Assembly: GCA_964016885.1 (NCBI GenBank)
Contig: OZ024743.1
Coordinates: forward strand, 100,998,001 to 101,062,000
Length of the DNA stretch: 64,000 nucleotides
Origin: Eledone cirrhosa
Taxonomy: Eukaryota
Direction: 5' to 3'
Shown here: one piece after another, positions 59,601 to 64,000 of the stretch
Layout of the letters: the number at the start of each line of letters is the position of its first letter
Numbering within the stretch: the first letter of the stretch is position 1
Translations under genes and position numbers: made by a program
Notes under the pieces: generated by a model
What the model saw: the letters and a program-made list of their open reading frames with translations, nothing else
Told to the model about the DNA's origin: nothing
Databases searched by the model: none

Positions 59601-61400
59601 TTCCCCACTCTTTCTAAATATTCCTCACCATTTCTATATATTCCCCACTCTTTCTATATATTCCCCACTCTTTCTATATATTCCCAACTCTTTCTATAAT
59701 ATGTTCCCCACTCTTTCTATATATTCCCCACTCTTTCTATATATTCCCCACTCTTTCTATATATTCCTCACTCTTTCTATATATTCCCCACTCTTTCTAT
59801 ATATTCCTCACTATTTCTATATATTCCTCACTCTTTCTATATATTCACCACTCTTTCTATATATTCCTCACTCTTTCTATATATTCCTCACTCTTTCTAT
59901 ATATTCCCCACTCTTTCTATATATTCCTCACTCTTTTTATATATTCCCCACTCTTTCTATATATTCCCCATTCTTTCTATATATTCCTCTCTCTTTCTAT
60001 ATAATCCTCACTCTTTCTATATATTCCCCACTCTTTCTATTTATTCCTCACTCTTTTTATATATTGCCCACTCTTTCTATATATTCCCTACTCTTTCTAT
60101 ATATTCCCCACTCCTTCTATATATTCCCCACTCTTTCTATATATTCCCCACTCTTTCTATATATTACCCACTCTTTTTATATATTCCCCACCCTCCTATA
60201 TATTCCTCACTCTTTCTATATATTCCTCACTTTTTCTATATATTCCTCACTCTTTCTATATATTCCCCACTCTTTCTATATATTGCTCACTCTTTCTATA
60301 TATTCTCCACTCTTTCTATAATATATTCCTCACTCTTTCTATAATATATTCCCCACTTTTTCTATATATTCGCCACTCTTTCTATATATTCCCCACTCTT
60401 TCTATATATTCCCCACTCTTTCTATATATTCCCCACTCTTTCTATAATATGTTCCACACTCTTTCTATATATTCCCCACTCTTTCTATATATTCCTGACT
60501 CTTTCTATATATTCCTCACTCTTTCTATATATTCCTCACTCTTTCTATATATTCCCCACTCTTTCTATATTTTCCTCACTCTTGCTATATATTCCTTACT
60601 CTTGCTATATATTTCTCACTCTTTCTATAATATCTTCCCCACTCTTTCTATATATTCCCCACTCTTTCTATATATTCCTCACTCTTTCTCGAATATCTTC
60701 CCCACTCTTTCTAAATATTCCTCACCATTTCTATATATTCCTCACTCTTTCTATATATTCCCTACTCTTTCTATATATTCCCCACTCTTTCTATATATTA
60801 TCTACTCTTTTTATATATTCCGCACACTTTCTATATATTCCTCACTCTTTCTATATATTCCTCACTTTTTCTATATATTCTTCACTCTTTCTATATATTC
60901 CGCACTCTTTCTATATATTCCTCACTCTTTCTATATATTCCCCACTCTTTCTATAATATATTCCTCACTCTTTCTATAATATATTCCCCACTCTTTCTAT
61001 ATATTCGCCACTCTTTCTATATATTCCCCACTCTTTCTATATATTCCCCACTCTTTCTATAATATGTTCCACACTCTTTCTATATATTCCCCACTCTTTC
61101 TATATATTCCTCACTCTTTCTATATATTCCTCACACTTTCTATATATTCCTCACTCTTTCTATATATTCCCCGCTCTTTCTATATATTCCTCACTCTTTC
61201 TATATATTCCCCGCTCTTTCTATATATTCCTCACACTTTCTATATATTCCTCACTGTTGCTATATATTCCTCACGCTTTCTATAATATCTTCCCCACTCT
61301 TTCTATATATTCCTCACTCTTTCTATATATTCCCCGCTCTTTCTATATATTCCCCACTCTTTCTATATATTCCCCACTCTTTCTATATATTCCTCACTCT
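53615..61400. repeat. Higher-order block R, copy C
   Basis: Colinear variant order with 38500-46280 (see the copy A offsets). Confidence 0.9.
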
Positions 61401-62329
61401 TTCTGTATATTCCTCACTCTTTCTATACATTCCTCACTCTTTCTCGATATTCCCCACTCTTTCTATATATTCCTCACTCTTTCTATATATTCTCCACTCT
61501 TTCTATAATATATTCCTCACTCTTTCTATATATTCCCCACTCTTTCTATATATTCCCCACTCTTTCTATATAGTCCCCACTCTTTCAATATATTCCTCAC
61601 TCTTTCTGTATATTCCTCACTCTTTCTATACATTCCTCACTCTTTCTCGATATTCCCCACTCTTTCTATATATTCCTCACTCCTTCTATATATTCCTCAC
61701 TCTTTTTATATATTCCTCACTCTTTCTATATATTCCCCACTCTTTCTATATATTCCTCACTCTTTCTATGTATTTCCCACTCTTTCTATATATTTCCCAC
61801 TCTTTCTATATATTCCCCACTCTTTCTATATATTCTTCACTCTTTCTATAATATATCCCCCACACTTTCTATATATTCCCCACTCTTTCTATATATTCCT
61901 CACTCTTTCTATATATTCCTCACTCTTTCTATATATTTCCCACTCTTTCTATAATATTTCCCCCACTCTTTCTATATATTCCCCACTCTTTCTATATAGC
62001 CCTCACTCTTTCTATATATTCCTCACTCTTTCTATATATTCCCCACTCTTTCTATATATTCCTCACTCTTTCTATATATTCCCCACTCTTTCTATATATT
62101 CCCCACTCTTTCTATATATTCCTCACTCTTTCTATATATTCCTCACTCTTTCTATATATTCGCCACTCTTTCTATATATTCCTCACTCTTTCTATATATT
62201 CCTCACTTTTTCTATATATTCCCCACTCTTTCTATAATATTTCCCCCACTCTTTCTATATATTCCCCACTCTTTCTATATAGCCCTCACTCTTTCTATAT
62301 ATTCCTCACTCTTTCTATATATTCCTCAC

Positions 62330-64000
62330 TCTTTCTATATATTCCTCACTCTTTCTATATATTCCCCGCTCTTTCTATATATTCCCCACTCTTTCTATAT
62401 ATTCCCCACTCTTTCTATATATTCCCCACTCTTTCTATAATATGTTCCCCACTCTTTCTATATATTCCTCACTCTTTCTATAATATATTCCCCACTCTTT
62501 TTATATATTCCGCTCTCTTTCTATATATTCCCCACTCTTTCTATATATTCCTCACTCTTTCTATACATACCTCACTCTTTATATATATTCCTCAATCTTT
62601 CTATATATTCACCACTCTTTCTATATATTCCTAACTCTTTCTATAATATATTCCCCACTCTTTCTATATATTCCCCACTCTTTCTATATATTCCTCACTC
62701 TTTCTATATATTCCTCACTCTTTCTATATATTCCCCACTCTTTCTATATATTCCTCACTCTTTCTATATATTCTTCACTTTTTCTATATATTCCCCACTC
62801 TTTGTATAATATGTTACCCACTCTTTCTATATATTTCCCACTCTTTCTATATATTCCTCACTCTTTCTATATATTCGCCATTCTTTCTATATATTCCTCA
62901 CTCTTTCTATATCTTCCTTACTCTTTCAATATATTCCCTACTCTTTCTATATATTCCACACTCTTTCTATAATATATTCCCCACTCGTTCTATATATTCC
63001 CCACTCTTTCTATATATTCCCCACTCTTTCTATATATTCCTCACTCTTTCTATAATATATTCTCCACGCTTTCTATATATTCCCCACTCTTTCTATATAT
63101 TCCCAACTCTTTCTATATATTCTTCACTCTTTCTATATATTCCCCACTCATTCTATATATTCCTCGCTCTTTCTATATATTCCTCACTCTTTCTATATAT
63201 TCCCCACTCTTTCTATATTTTCCTCACTCTTGCTATATATTCCTTACTCTTGTCATATATTTCTCACTCTTTCTATAATATGTTCCACACTCTTTCTATA
63301 TATTCCCCACTCTTTCTATATATTCCTCACTCTTTCTATATATTCTTCACTATTTCTATATATTCCCCACTCTTTCTATATATTCCCCACTCTTTCTATA
63401 TATTCCTCACTCTTTCTCGAATATCTTCCCCACTCTTTCTAAATATTCCTCACCATTTCTATATATTCCCCACTCTTTCTATATATTCCCCACTCTTTCT
63501 ATATATTCCCAACTCTTTCTATAATATGTTCCCCACTCTTTCTATATATTCCCCACTCTTTCTATATATTCCCCACTCTTTCTATATATTCCTCACTCTT
63601 TCTATATATTCCCCACTCTTTCTATATATTCCTCACTATTTCTATATATTCCTCACTCTTTCTATATATTCACCACTCTTTCTATATATTCCTCACTCTT
63701 TCTATATATTCCTCACTCTTTCTATATATTCCCCACTCTTTCTATATATTCCTCACTCTTTTTATATATTCCCCACTCTTTCTATGTATTCCCCATTCTT
63801 TCTATATATTCCTCTCTCTTTCTATATAATCCTCACTCTTTCTATATATTCCCCACTCTTTCTATTTATTCCTCACTCTTTTTATATATTGCCCACTCTT
63901 TCTATATATTCCCTACTCTTTCTATATATTCCCCACTCCTTCTATATATTCCCCACTCTTTCTATATATTCCCCACTCTTTCTATATATTACCCACTCTT
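62330..64000. repeat. Duplicate of ~58505-60175 (offset 3825), truncated by the window end
   Basis: ORF-track pair 59405/63230. Shared variants ccgctctc, cctcaatc, tttgtataatatgttaccc, cttgtcatat, cttcactatttc. Confidence 0.85.

Larger units (their letters stand above)
1..64000. repeat. Tandem satellite array, 20-bp monomer CCYCACTCTTTCTATATATT with interspersed 23-bp variant monomers; single orientation; extends beyond both window ends
   Basis: Directly visible from base 1 (ccccactctttctatatatt ccccactctttctatatatt cctcactctttctagatatt) to base 64000. Most monomers are within 0-2 substitutions of the consensus. Phase shifts come mainly from +3 monomers (ctataatatatt, ctataatatgtt), with rare 18/19/21/24-bp units. 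Confidence 0.99.

Noticed and set aside
99-63442. More than 150 + strand ORFs encoding F/L/I/Y/S/P/H/T-rich repeats
   Set aside because: They are translations of a stop-free satellite monomer. They overlap in all frames with the same peptide, starts and stops come from sporadic variants, and there is no domain or gene context.
1-64000. CRISPR array
   Set aside because: Repeats are directly adjacent with no unique spacers, leader or cas genes.
1-64000. Telomerase-synthesised telomere (C-rich + strand, G-rich - strand)
   Set aside because: The strand bias is compatible, but the motif matches no telomeric repeat I know. Inherited kb-scale variant patterns indicate recombinational amplification rather than templated addition. 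A subtelomeric location cannot be excluded.
1-64000. TATA-box or -10-like motifs (TATATA, TATAAT)
   Set aside because: Intrinsic to the monomer and the 23-bp variant, with no downstream gene or other promoter evidence.
1-64000. Transposon, rRNA/tRNA, iteron or inverted-repeat elements
   Set aside because: No non-satellite sequence, no orientation switch, and the near absence of G on the + strand precludes stable structured RNA.

Overview
The whole 64-kb window is one uninterrupted head-to-tail satellite DNA array, probably eukaryotic heterochromatin (inference). The monomer is 20 bp, consensus CCYCACTCTTTCTATATATT (reverse complement AATATATAGAAAGAGTGRGG), with roughly 3,100-3,200 copies and a minor 23-bp subfamily (…CTATAATATRTT). 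The array runs off both ends. I see no unique sequence, inversion, transposon, RNA gene, CRISPR array or credible protein-coding gene. All ORFs in the track are artefacts: the + strand monomer has no stop codon in any frame. The informative signal is in rare variant monomers. They reveal nested, irregular higher-order duplications (about 0.57-0.65 kb, 1.75-1.8 kb, 3-7 kb and 14.5-15.1 kb), two variant domains that change over at about 28-37 kb, and modules swapped between the domains. I cannot assign the satellite to a named family or organism. I found no evidence for a novel gene-encoded system. Block boundaries were estimated by eye and are approximate.
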